Below are positions 26,411 through 39,295 of a stretch of DNA of 64,000 bases, one piece after another. Each line of letters opens with the position of its first letter. Positions within the stretch are counted from its first letter, which is position 1. The notes under the pieces were generated by a model. That model ran no database searches. It was not told where the DNA came from and saw only the letters and a program-made list of their open reading frames with translations. Both the position numbers and the translations under genes were made by a program. The stretch comes from Podarcis gaigeae (Eukaryota): NCBI GenBank assembly GCA_964106915.2, contig OZ066917.1; one strand, given 5' to 3'.

Positions 26411-27510
26411 GCGCGTAAGCAGTGAAGTTGGAGGAAAATGAAATGCAAGAAACAGTGCCAATTACAATTCAATTGGAGCTATAATGTGTACAAAACAAGT
26501 GTAGTAATAGGTGATAAAACAATCAAGATGGTAATGCTGAGTGAATTAACACTTGTAGCAGGATATGAAACCATTGTCTCTACTCAGATCCAAATGAACA
26601 GAACTGAAATTCTTGATTAAATATTATCCAGGAGTTTCACATTGGAACCCATCCCTTGAAATTCCTTTATTCACATTTGGCCTCTTCAAGATCAATAGCA
26701 GAGCATCCTTGTAGAATGAAATGTTTTCCCACAGGTTTCTGAACACTACCATTTCCGATGTCATATTTGCGCCCGTATGATTCTTTTCTACGTGGACTAG
26801 GCTGCTTGCCCTGTGTAGAATGTGGAAGGGCATTTCTGACAGATGATAGTAATGTATATGATGAAGATGAACAAGTAAATTGACCCTTGATGATGTGGCT
26901 GACATTTTTGGTTCCTGCAATTGTGTTGCCTGATTAGGTGTGTTGGGAGGACAGAGTTGGCATCTGGGTCAGCTGCAAGCTGCGGTTCCACAGGTTGTGT
27001 GGGCTATTGTTGCTGGTGAGTAGCTATTTCAGATGAGGGATATTTATGTAACCAAAGACTGGCCCACCAACCATGGGCCAGGAGAACAAAGCATGCTTGA
27101 TTTCACTGCTTAAAGTTCTCCCCATGTGGCTCTATACTGTGAATTACACTACGCATCTGGTAGATTCTAGCTCACGAAAGCTTGTTTGTTATTTGCCACA
27201 ATACTGGTTGTTGTTGTTTTTTGTACTGCAACACAGAAACTCTAGATACCCTCTGGAAATTGCCTTATATCTACCCCAGCATTGTGTATTCTAATGGGCA
27301 GAAGCTCTTTGGGGTCTTAGGCAGAGACTTTTCCACTGTCTACTACATGATCCTTTTCAACAGAGATGCTGAGGATTGACCCTGAGTCTTGAACCTGAGA
27401 CTCGCTGCATGGCAAAGCATGTGCTGTGCCACCCAGCTATGCCCCACCCTGCCCAGCCCATTTAAATTTTGCCTCTGCTTTCCCAAAAACTCTTTGCTAA
27501 TTACCTGACC

Positions 27511-27652
27511 ATAGTATCATGGAATTGTAGAGTTGGAAGTAACCACGGGTGTCATCTAGGCCAATTCCCTGCAATTCAGGAATCTTTTGACCAACATGGG
27601 GCTCAAACCCGGACCCTGAGATTAAGAGTCTGATGCTTTACCAACTGAGCTA
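27511..27652 (-). mobile_element. tRNA-Lys-derived SINE with CR1 3' tail
   Basis: Minus strand TAGCTCAGTTGGTAAAGCATCAGACTCTTAATCTCAGGGTCCGGGTTTGAGCCCCATGTTGG is tRNA-Lys(CTT)-like. It is joined to a CR1 tail ...ttccaactctacaattccatgat. Confidence 0.75.
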
Positions 27653-28464
27653 TAGAGACCAGCCTGTCATTAGTCTGCTGTACTCAAGGCTGGTGAATTA
27701 CTAAGAGAAAACAAATATGTACAGTATATAAAAAGAGACATAAAAGATTGCATTTATTCATGTGTAGAAGTTAAAACAGAGCTATCCGTCATTTAATACC
27801 TCTTTAGGAAACATTTAAAGCAACTTAGTGCTTATGTTTGCACTGGATAGAGGCTGCCAGTGTGCACTGTAGGTCAGGTCATTTAAAACCACACTTAAAA
27901 GAAACCATCTGATAAATGTACCCCTTGTTTTGGAAACAAAAGGATAGTATTTCATGATAAATATGTTGTTTTATTTATTTATCTAAAGTATTTATAGGGC
28001 ACTCTTCAGCAATGCTCTCAGAGTGGCAGCTTGCAATAAAATAATCAAACCACAATGCAGTACAATGAGTCATAAACATCTCAATAAAACAAGACACAGA
28101 GGAGCAATAAATTAAGATAAAACAGTAACAGTAAATCTCATCAAGCACTTAAAAAACCTGGGCAAATAAAAAGGTTTTTACCTGGCACAGAAAAGAAAAC
28201 AAGGCTAATGCCAGGTACCTCTGTTGGTAGAGGGGATTCCAGAGAATTGGTGCCACAGCAGAGGAGGCGCCTTGTCTTGCTGTCACCACCTCATCTCAGA
28301 AGATATGTTGGGAGGGGTTGTTGATTCATGAATGAGCACATGCTTTGTATGCAGAAAGTCTGGGAGGTGGATTTAGGGCAGCACAACTGGTTTCGCCACA
28401 CTGGGCACCAAGCCTAGGAGGGGCATTGTAGGAAGCTGCCACTATGATGTAGTGAATTGAGCAT

Positions 28465-28569
28465 GTTGTTGTTGTTTAGTCGTTTAGTCGTGTCCGACTC
28501 TTTGTGACCCCATGGACCAGAGAACGCCAGGCACCTCTGTCCTCCACTGCCTCCCGCAGTTTGGTCAAA
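28465..28569 (-). mobile_element. BovB LINE 3' fragment
   Basis: (caa)n tail, BovB 3' sequence and a perfect 11-bp TSD gaattgagcat. Confidence 0.88.
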
Positions 28570-29704
28570 GAATTGAGCATAACAGAAGGCAATATGCAGG
28601 AGTTGGGGTGCCAAATTTTGGCCTCACACAGGGTGCCACTGAAATTTGAAAAACCAGTTTGCCCCTGTCAAAGCTGAGATGAACTCCTTTCTAGAACCTT
28701 GGAGAGTTGTTGTCATTCAGGAGTGAGCTAGGCAGGACAATGGTCTGACTTGGTATATGACAGCTTCTTGTGTTCCTAAGGTGGCAAGACTTTTTACACC
28801 CATAAATGTCCATATGAGAATAGATGCCCCTTCAAAGAACCTGATGCCGAGCCACTTAGGATTTTGTAGGTCAGAACCAATACTTTGAATTGTACCTGGA
28901 AATGGATCGCTGAGATGTGTTCCATATATTTGGCCATGCTGCTGCATTTTGCTCTTACTCTTGAACAGCACATTTCAAAATTCTAAATGAGATGTTTAGT
29001 TGATGCATATACAGATCCATTCTATCATCTATCTACCTACCTACCTACCTATTTGGTATGACCTGCAAGCCCTGTGACAAGTATATGGCTTTTTCCATGC
29101 ATGCTTTCTTCAGAGGCATTGTCAAAATCCTGAAGCTCTGGGGATGGGTCCTTTGCAGTGGTTGCCACAGGTCTGTGCTGACCATGGAAGGAAAGTGGCA
29201 GTTGAAGCCTGCAGCTCCTAAAAGCTATGGAGAGAGTGCTTTCAAAGTCTCCTTGAATGTTGCAGAGCATGGGCTGAACATATCGGTGTGGTCAGCACAG
29301 AACATCATTGTAGAGTGACAGTTGCTATGGGAACGGTGTACCAGTGTTGAGTGACAAGCAGCTCACCCATCGTCCCTAATAAGTATAAAGTGTCTCTCTT
29401 AAGAGTTCAAATTATAATAAATATGGGATTGGCTTAGCATGTTGAATATGGAACGGAAGTCACATGCTGGATTTTCATTCTTTAATGCTGCATATTAGTA
29501 GTAACATGTTTTTCTACTATTAACTTTGCTTATTACAGCAAGTATCAGGAACGAGGAAAATGAAAACCTCCTGTAATTGCTTTATGTTTGCTATGTGTGT
29601 TCTGCAATATGCTTACCCAAACACCCTAACTAACTTTCATAGAATGTATTTGCTCGAGAGATTTCTAATCAAACCTCCCCTCTCTTTTCTTCTCCCCACA
29701 AAAG

Positions 29705-30317
29705 GTTGAAAAAAATGATGACATTGACCAAAAGATTGAACAAGATGGCATCAAACCAGAAGATAAAGCTCATAAGGCAGCCACCAAAATTCAGGCTAGC
29801 TTCCGTGGACACATAACAAGGAAAAAGCTCAAGGGGGAGAAGAAGGGAGATTCCCAAACTACTGATGTTGAAGCTGGTGAGAAGAAGGAGGAAGTCCTCG
29901 CCAATGGCTTGGCGGATGGCAAAGCTGCTATTACAGAAGCTGCTCCAACTGAGAATGCCCTGCCTGCCGATGGCAGCAAAGGAGGAAGCACTCCAGCAGA
30001 TGAGAAGCAGGGGGAGGGCACAGCTGACACTGGTTCAGAACAACCTGCCACAAAGGCCACTACTCCCGCTGCCCCGTCGGAGGAAAAGTCCGCTGCTGTT
30101 GCCGCTGAAACGGAAAGTGCCACTAAAGCTTCTACCGATAATTCACCATCCTTGAAGGCCGACGAAGCGCAAGTCAAGGAGGAACCTAAACAAGCCGAAG
30201 TGCCTGCCACTGTCACTACTGCCGTTACCCCCACTGCTGCAGAGGATGCTATTGCCAAGGCAACAGTGCAACCCCAAACAGACACAGCGGAGAGTAGCCA
30301 AACCGAAGAGAAGACAG
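29705..30317 (+). CDS. GAP43: GAP43 coding exon 2 (IQ calmodulin-binding motif, PKC serine, Ala/Glu/Lys-rich region)
   Basis: Polypyrimidine tract and AG at 29703-29704. Translates [43 protein letters not shown]...SSQTEEKT. Phase-1 donor G|GTACGC at 30318. The PKC serine is residue 42. Confidence 0.98.
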
Positions 30318-31074
30318 GTACGCTAACAATAGCAAGGGAGGAAAGCTGTCTTGGAATGGAGATAGAGTGGTGATGTGTGAGCTAGGAATTGGGGATTAAC
30401 ATTAGGATTAAGCCACCAGTGGTCCTTCATGAGAACAGGGCAGGTGTAGCTTTAAAGCAGGCAGCCATCTATCCTAAATGAAAGTTGGCAATTGACTGGC
30501 TCTGTGGTACTGCTCCATGATAGAGGAGCCCAATTTACAGTTCTTGGGCTTTGACGTGACCAGCAAGAGATTTATCTCCCTCGCTCTCCCCTCATAAGGA
30601 GGTTTCACCCATAAGGAAAACAAACCTATTTTCAAACATTATGAGAGATACATTTTAAGTATTGCAAGAGAGAAGTTTCAAAAACTCTGAGCGCTCAAAA
30701 GATTTTGAGCCTTGTCCACCACGATAGGGTTGGGTTGGGTGTCATAACATAAGCCCAGTCACCAGATTATACCATTTATAATAAAGTTGCCATAGCGTCT
30801 GGCCATTTCTGCCCATGAGTACTGCATTGCCTGATAAATCCACAACCCAGGGCAGCTGATTTGAGGGGTGATGAGAGAGCAGTAAATGGTCAGCAATTTA
30901 ATTTATTGCTGTATTTACACATCCAAAAGGTGCGGAAAAGGTGTTCAAGTGCCAGAATAACTTGACCAGCTTTGGGTGCTGTGTGTCTTGACTGGGCAGT
31001 GGGGTGGAGTAGTGCAATTTACTGTTCTACCCCAGGCAGCAAACTGCCTTAGGCCAGCACAGCTTGAATTTTTT

Positions 31075-31420
31075 TTAGTTTATTTCATAAAATGCATACA
31101 CCGATTGATTGAAAATCAACAACCACCACCCTCAAAGTGGTTTACGAAAGATAAAACAGTAAAATCAGAAAACTTCACAACCATACTTTTAAATCTACAA
31201 AAGTTAAAATACTAAAAACAAATTAAAATCACCTCAACTTTCTAAGCATCTGGGTAGGCCTTTTGGAACAAGAATGTTTTTAGCAGGTGCCTAAAAGAGT
31301 ACAGTGGAGACGACTGCTTGATCTCAAGAGGCACAGAGTTCCAAAGTGCGGGTGCTGCCACACTAAATGATTGAATTCTTACTAATGTGGAATGGGTATT
31401 GTGTGGCACTTGTAGTAGTG
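31075..31420 (-). mobile_element. L2-like LINE 3' end
   Basis: Minus-strand FSVAAPALWNSVPLEIK...FRHLLKTFLF followed by an AT-rich tail. Confidence 0.7.
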
Positions 31421-32739
31421 CCAATTCCACCAACTGAAGCTATTGAGTGGTCACATGCAGGGTAAGACGAGTGGACACAAATGGCAAAATGGCAAAATGA
31501 TAGTGGTAAGGTCAGCTGGAGGTTTGTGGTGCAAGGGTGGTAAGGGGAAGACAATAGACTTTGGTATGATAACCCAGAAAAGGTGGCTTATAATTGCAAA
31601 ATCTGAAACCAGCATAGGAATTGTGCAGATGGGCTCTATACTGGAGACTTGTGATTCTCAACAATTATTATTTAGGGGCATGCCACACAGCAATTATGGC
31701 TAGTAACCATTAATAGCCTTATTCTCCAAACAGCAATAAGCAAATAGTAAAATGTACAGCGTATCAGGCAGAAAGAGCAGCCAAACTGAAATGTATCCAT
31801 TCTCCTTGGGTCATGTTTTTGTATGGCTTGATTCCAAATGACTTCAATGGAGATGGGCCAGAGATGATTTTGAATCACAGTTTCTGCCAAATTGATCTGT
31901 AAATCTCATGGGAAAGCAATGTCTCCAGTATCATAAAGCTACTAATCTAAAACTTCGAGTGGGATGAACTGAATAAGCAAGGACACATAGGTTATGTGTA
32001 TAATAAACTTCACAATTCTGGTTGACAAGGGTAAATTATTTTCAGCAGGAACTGAGCTTTTCTTGCTGGGGCCAGGGAGAAGAAAGAGGTGGGGGAAGGG
32101 ATGGCAAAGAAGGTGCTTAGGGGCATTTTCAGTCAATAGGCATGTTGAAAGAGGCTGCAAAGCTCATTTGCTCCCGTGTAGTCCAATTAATCTCTGTGGA
32201 ACTGTGCCAGAGCAAATGGACAGTGGAATATGGTCTGTGAAGAGACACTGGGGGCAGATGGTCCATCCTCAACTATGGCAAACCTTGCACGATCCTCCAC
32301 TGAGTTCTGATTTAAATATTCCATTCTTTCATTTTCTGAATCAACCAATAGGCAGAGAGAGGCTTGTCTTGTAACAATGACAGTGGCGCCATACGCAAGG
32401 CAAGCATGGAAGCTTGGTTACGCCATGTATCAGTTTTGATTGTATTATGAAAGCACAGTGCCATGTATGCACTGTGTTACAATAAGGCCAGTGTAACTCA
32501 CTGTGAGGAGGCCAAGAAACCTTAGGTTGCCCATGGCTTGGCTCTAAAGTTGTCACTGAACTTCTCCCTTCAGTGAAGTTTTTCATCAGAAAGATAGCAA
32601 GGGGTGGGAGGAGAGGAACAATGACAAAATAAAAAACTTAGATTCAACAGCCCAGTAAAATGGCAACATTGCTAGGTAGAACTGGTTCACCCAAACTATT
32701 CAGCAACTTACGCCCTAAATATCTGAAAGATTGCCTCCA

Positions 32740-33140
32740 TCCCTACAGCCTCTCTTGGGTATTAGACTCAGGAGAGGAGCTCTCTTGGTAGTTCTGCCAC
32801 CCTCAGAAGTGCAGGAAATGCAGCCCAGGCTTTCTCTGTGGCAGCCCCTACATTGTGGAACACCCTCTCCGCAGATACACATCTTGCATCTTCATTATAC
32901 AGTTTCAGCCATATGCTGAAGACATACCTCTTTCTCTTTGACTCTGAGAATTCAGGTATTTTTGTGGGACCCATCTCTTCTATATTTGGGTTAAACTATA
33001 TAGCACTGCTTTTGCTTCAGATTGTTTTACTTGCCTTTATAATTGCATATAAATTGTTTACTTCTTTTGTATTGTTTCAATTGTATTGCTGTAACCTGCC
33101 CTGGGACCTTACACTGAAGGGTGGGTTAGAAATCCAATAA
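32740..33140 (+). mobile_element. L2-like LINE 3' end
   Basis: AFSVAAPTLWNTL...LKTYLF followed by a T-rich 3' UTR. Confidence 0.65.
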
Positions 33141-34597
33141 ACAACAAAACAAATATTTGACAGAAACGGGGGCAAATTTGGATGCTCCTGGGCAGGCAAA
33201 ACATCTTCAGGTATTTCAAGAGGAATTTCCAAGGTTTAACACTATACTTGAATTCCAGGCTCTTTGAACAGTTCACATGCTCCAGTTCACATAGCTGACT
33301 CAACTTATTAAAACTAGACCATGAATTCTGCAAGAAAACCTATCTTTCCTTGAACAGATGAGAAGTTTGAGGGCTTTCCTCTACCCTTTGGCTCATGGTA
33401 GCAAAACCATTTCAAAGCCAATACAAAAAGTGATAGGATTGATTATATTAGAATGAATTGTAGGATAGTAGTGAGAAATTGATTGAGCTGATTGAGCTAT
33501 TAGTGGAAAATTGATTGGGGTTTTTTTTGCTTGGAATTAAGCTGAGCAAAAATCAATGTTTGCTTAGCTTAATTGGCTCTAAATTAACATTGTCCAAACA
33601 TTTCATAAAATTGTGAAATGAAGACAGGAATAAAAATGTGTGTGTCTACTGATGATGCCATTTTGTGGGCCCTCTTGGATACAAGGTGGAATTAAAATAG
33701 ATTGGGTGAGTGAATATTCACTTTCCCTTTAAACTATAATTGAAAGGTGAGCAGGGCCACTTAACTGCTTTCATTGCATACCATGAAAAGGTGCTTGCTC
33801 ACCTCATAAATGCTCCACCCTACGGTCTCCACAGTCAGGTGCCTACCTTTAATCCGCTTCCCACAAAGTAGATCCTTTCCTTCTCTCCCCTTAATGACCT
33901 GAGGGTGCTTTATGGTATACCCCATGCATTACTCTCTAAAGGGGCCAGTGACAGCTGGCTTGGAGTGTGAAAGGTGGAACTGAACTTTCATAGGAATTTC
34001 CTGAGTCTTCATAGAGATGCCTGACATTTGTTCTAAAAATCATTGGCATTATTATTTCAGCGAGCAAAGGCTGGCACTGTAATTGGTAGTGGAAGGCTGC
34101 CAACAAATAAATAAATCTAGTTGGCTACAAGATGGTATCATTGGCTGGCTAATTTCCAAGGCACACTTGGCTCCCACTATTACAAGAAAGTAAATGCAGG
34201 TCAGCCCACATTTTTGCAGCGGTGTTCATCTGGAATAAATTTTCCTATAGTTACTGCCTCAATCTTCTAATTCAAGGACATGATCTCATGGGTGACATTG
34301 ACAGTAGACATACCCTTCCCTTTATTTGTCCTATGTTTGGGAAACCATGATGTCATCTGAAATTGAGCTGCATGCAGGAATTGCCTAGTGCATCAAGTAA
34401 CTGCAATAATCAAGATATTTCAGGACTTACAATCATAATAATCATTTTTATTTCTTAACATCTGGCACAACTGAGCTGGAATGTCTCTTGTGCGGGATCC
34501 ATTGAAGCGATTGAAACATGCAACTTATTCTTGTAGAGATGTGGACATGTGCTGATCTTTTACAAAAATGCTTGCTTAAAACTGATATTGTATAGGA

Positions 34598-34734
34598 CAG
34601 GCACCCCCAAACTCGGCCCTCCACATGTTTTGGGGCTACAATTCCCATCATCCCTGACCAACTGGTCCTGTCAGCTAGGGATGATGGGAGTTGTGGTCCC
34701 AAAACATCTGGCGGGCCGAGTTTGGGGGTGCCTG
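34598..34734. mobile_element. hAT-type palindromic MITE
   Basis: TIR caggcacccccaaactcggccc / gggccgagtttgggggtgcctg and 8-bp TSD gtatagga. Confidence 0.92.
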
Positions 34735-37493
34735 GTATAGGAAGTCCAGGTTCCCTCTCTTCTATCCTGTAAGGATAGTCCCTACATATGGAATTTACTC
34801 AATCTATCTCATATAAGGATCACTACTGAACTTGGAAAATGCAACTGCTTCCCCCTAAGGTTCAGAAAATAGCTCCGTTTATTCTGAGTTCTATTATGCT
34901 ATTGGTGCTATTTCTCTGTCAACTTGTGAGCCACCTGGCCACCTTGTTTGTGTACATAACTTGCTCTATCTCAAGGGGTGGGATGGAGCCTTGAGTGAGC
35001 ATAGGTTTCTAACTAGACTCCTCTCTTGCCACCTCACACTTCATGTCCACTGTGCAGGTGGTAGTGGTCTTGTGTAAGGGCTCTACCAGGATCAATGTCC
35101 TTCCAAGGCCCAAGTTTCTCTGTGCTGGCATAAAGATTTTTACAGTGGCACAATGATGTCCTCTGCCAGATCAGGAGGTGATCCTATCCCACCTGCTGGG
35201 CATAACTGAATATATGATTGTTCTGAAAGTCACTGCAAAGTTATCACATATATACCAGCTATTGCTGTAAAGCAATAAAAAGACAATTTATGGTAGATCA
35301 CATGGCTGGAAAAGGCCAGGTTTTCATGTGACAATGATCTCAAGGGTTACGTAGCTATCTGAAGAAGAAAGTATGCCTCTGTACTCAGGAAAGTCAAATT
35401 ATGCATGTAAAGCTGGCAAAATCTCTCTCTCTCTTTTAACGTGGCACTGCATCTTTGCTGCATTGTTCTACATTAAGGCTTTATCTGTCTCCCCACATTC
35501 TCAGGTTGTTTTAGGGGTCTTTATATCTCAAGAACCTATGGATAACTATTCCATTCTACTTTCAGTTTCCTGGTGGACATGGATCTCTGTAGATGGTTTT
35601 CAAAATGTTTGAAAAGCTCTATTTTATTTTATACAGGATAGTGGTAAAGAAAAACATTTCAGCTACTTTGGGTATCACTTGTGCATACAGGATTGAGTCA
35701 GGGAAATGTCAGTTGTAATATAAAATGTATGAAAAAATCTAGTTCTAATGTGACCATTTTATCTGAGTATTTGAAACACCGTGCTTTGTAGCTGCTATCA
35801 CACTGAGCAAATTTAGTGCCTGTTCCAATTTCACTTGCATTAATCCAGAGATCTATGCACTGATTTCTATTAAGTGAGCAAACACAGAGGCTCCCCTGTG
35901 ATGGCAATGGAAGGATTAACTATAATGTTCAATCTAGCTATGCAATGTGTAATTTCCTTCTTCGCAAGCTCTGTATAACAAGGGCCACATGTATGTCTAA
36001 ACTTGAAATCATATACAACCTTGCATTCTCCTGTGCAATGAAATCCAGTGTGGTTTCCAAAAACTCCTTGTTCTTCCCTGTTTGTTTCTGGTCAGGAATG
36101 TTTATTGGCTTTATTGCTAATTATGAATGTTTTGCAAATACTCCTTCCCTCTCATAGATTGCATTTCCATTTTTAATACCAAAGAGTGATAAGTGCTTTC
36201 CCTGTATTCTGGTATTACAACTATTGCTGGGCAACCTGTGATGTTGCTGGACTTCCAACTGCCATGATCCCTAACCATGCTGGCTGATGGGAGATGGTTT
36301 GTTTTATTTATGAATACTTTGTATTATTTTCTGTGCACCATTTTTATAATACTGTTATTGTTTAACTTAACAACATTTTTCATCACCTTGTAAGAAATTT
36401 TCTGAAAAGGGGACTATACATTACTTAAGGATGGGAATCACTTAACAAACTGTGTCAGCGGAAGTCCCTCACATTGTCATGGCTTCTGCAATGGGGCTCC
36501 TCACTCTCCTCCTTCCATGCACTCCCCATAATTGGCTCATGAGTGGGATGAAGAACCCCCCAGAACCACACATGTAGGAGATGGATGATTGTTCCATCTG
36601 GCAAGCTTCAACGCTTGCACAGACGGAACGACCGCCACAGTGCTACCTTGAATTTTACCCAGAATAATTAAACAGCATAAGGAGGTTCACAGGTTCCCTA
36701 GTCATGGCTTTGGACATTTGGGAGAAGGGCTTTCCTGGTGATTTGCTGACTGTTCCCAAGGAAGTCACATGCTTCCTCCTCGGTCCCCTTTTAAATTATG
36801 TCTCTTAATAAGGAGACACAGTACCATTTAGGTTTTCCTAAGTCAGTTTTCTGCCTGACGTAGAGTACCAAATGCCAGGCACCCATTCTGCTAACTTTTA
36901 GGAATCAGGGTGAGACACATTTACACTCTCAGCCATTTTAATTGGACGTATTTTAAGTATTGGAAGGATGTTGTGTTAGCTGTTGCTTTCACAGCTAATT
37001 GGCATTTAATCATCTCAATTTTTGCTGATTTTAAATGTTTAATTGTATGTATTATATTGTTGTTGTTACTTAGTTTTATTGTACAATGTAAACTGCCCTG
37101 GGATAAATATTATGGGTACCATATAAAAGCCTTGACTGTCTGAATGAATGAATATTTTTAGAATATGTTATTGCAGCACAATCCCATGTCTTTTCAAAAG
37201 TAAGTCCTATTGAATGAAATGGGGCTTACTCACAGGTAAGTGAGGTTGGGATTGCAGAGTTAGTTACCATAAGCAAAGTATGTTTTACTGTAAAAATCTC
37301 ATCTTTCATCACCAAGATCACCCTTAGAGAAAGCAACTCTCATCATGTAGCCCTTTTGTTCCAAAGGGGTTTTCTCAACCCCTACTTCAAAGCCAGCTGT
37401 CATCTATTGCAAAGGACTCCCTTTTCTTCCCCAGGTAACCTGAGCAGCAAAACAGACTTCAGCACAAAGATGGATTCTGCTTTAAAAACTACG

Positions 37494-37542
<49 letters not shown>

Positions 37543-37543
37543 C
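37494..37543. repeat. (CAA)n microsatellite
   Basis: About 16 units, read directly. Confidence 0.95.
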
Positions 37544-38934
37544 CAGTCAATGTCTCTAGCTTCCACATCACTGGCCAAGAGTTAGACTGATAGCAAGATA
37601 GAGATTATTTTCTAATTTCCTCCTAGGAACCTGCATATTAATTGCATCCCAGTGAGGAAATAGCTTCAAACATGCTTGTCTCTGATCAGCTCGATCAAAG
37701 TTTTTGAGAGCTAGGGATTGGGAATCTAGGTACTCTTTTAATGCAGAAGAGCCTGCAGACTGGCTGGACTCATAGAAATGTTGTCCTACAACTTCTAAAT
37801 AAGGATAGTTCAGAAGTTCAGAAATCATTCTCTCTACTGTTGTTTATGCTCTGTGTCCTAAAGGGGATCTGTGCTATCCCAGGTCCTGATACTGGTTTGT
37901 GTTATTGGTGGAATGAACATGCTGCCATGTTAATCAAAATCTCTTCCAGGGAAGCGGAAAGGGGAATTGATTTTTAACTTCAGGAATCATCTGGAAATAT
38001 CTTTACTTCTAACATAAGATAACTTTTGCCTTTTGTCTATCCAGAGCATGCCCTCTCTTAAGAGTCGACATTTCATTTTATTTCTTGATTATACTCCAAA
38101 TCTACTTTCCCTTGAACATGTTAACTGAAAATAGTAAGGTCTTGCTTAATTAAGTCTGCATTGGGATCTGGGTGGTTGTCAACAGGCTCAGTTTGCCCTG
38201 TATGAGTGACATACTGCTTGGCGAGGCTAGTGAGAAAAACCTATGGGAGTCTGGTAAACTGGTAGACTTAGAAATTGGCAAGTGAGGCCAATTTACACCT
38301 TGAAACTCGTGTTGAATTGCTGATTGAGAATCTTCTTGCTTTGTTAATTGACCTATGGGTGAGAGTTTCTGAATTTCTAGCAGTGATGGAGAAACTTTTT
38401 CACACTTAGGGCCACATGTCCTTCTGTGCAACCTTTCAGGGGCCACACACCAGTGTGCAGGGTGGGGCCAGAAGGAAAAGTGGTCAGAGCAATGAATGTA
38501 ATCCCTTCACTTTGTACAGTTGGCTAGTTTCTACACACATGCACATACCCCTCCTTGTTCTTTGACTAGCCCTGCCTAAAATTGTCTATGCCACAGTGAA
38601 GTGGCTTTGTTCCAAGTTGAACACCACTTGCATGCTAGTCTTTGCATGTTAGATATTCAAGATCAATCTGCATTTAACAGTTTAACCAGACTGTTGATAG
38701 AGAATAAACAAGTTAAGAGACTATGGGAATATGTGCCTTGAAATAATGGATACTTCTGAGTAGACATGTATAAGTTGATTAAGCCGCATATCTTCCAGAA
38801 AGTGTCAGAATGCAACTGGATTTGTTTGTGTCAGCATATGAGTAGGGTGCCCTGGTTGGCCCATCACCAGTGAGGTGATGAGCCAATCAGAACAGGTATT
38901 TCTAGCATCAGAAGGGAGAGATTTTTGAAACAAT

Positions 38935-39295
38935 GTTGTTGTTGTTTAGTCGTGTCCAACTCTTTGTGACCCCATGGACCAGAGCACGCCAGGCACTCCT
39001 GTCTTCCACTGTCTCCCGCAGTTTGGTCAAACTCATGCTGGTAGCTTCAAGAACACTGTCCAACCATCTCGTCCTCTGTCGTCCCCTTCTCCTTGTGCCC
39101 TCCATCTTTCCCAACATCAGGGTCTTTTCCAGGGAGTCTTCTCTTCTCATGAGGTGGCCAAAGTATTGGAGCCTCAGCTTCACAATGTGTCCTTCCAGTG
39201 AGTACTCAGGGCTGATTTCCTTAAGAATGGATAGGTTTGATCTTCTTGCAGTCCATGGGACTCTCAAGAGTCTCCTCCAGCACCATAATTCAAAA
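38935..39295 (-). mobile_element. BovB (RTE) LINE 5'-truncated copy
   Basis: Encodes RVPWTARRSNLSILKEISPEYSLEG...LQYFGHLMRREDSLEKTLMLGK...RRRGRQRTRWLD, the BovB RT C-terminus. (caa)n tail and TSD tttgaaa(c/t)aat. Confidence 0.95.

Larger units (their letters stand above)
25970..27200 (-). mobile_element. Old degenerate Penelope-like retroelement (GIY-YIG endonuclease remnant plus terminal repeats)
   Basis: Minus-strand IYITIICQKCPSTFYTGQ (~26800-26860) matches the Penelope GIY-YIG motif (VIYAIxCxxC...YIGQT). Decayed terminal-repeat/hammerhead motifs lie at ~26290-26335 and ~27150-27185. Confidence 0.75.

Noticed and set aside
27590-27652. Possible tRNA-Lys gene
   Set aside because: The acceptor stem is incomplete, the T-loop is mutated and it is fused to a CR1 tail, so it is a SINE head.
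29791-30285. 164-aa antisense ORF over exon 2
   Set aside because: A shadow of the Ala/Glu/Thr-biased sense codons with no recognisable protein.
30318-30373. ORF 29909-30373 extends exon 2 into intron 2 ([18 protein letters not shown])
   Set aside because: Simple read-through past a good donor. The nearest AATAAA is ~400 nt further and nothing supports an intronic-polyA isoform.
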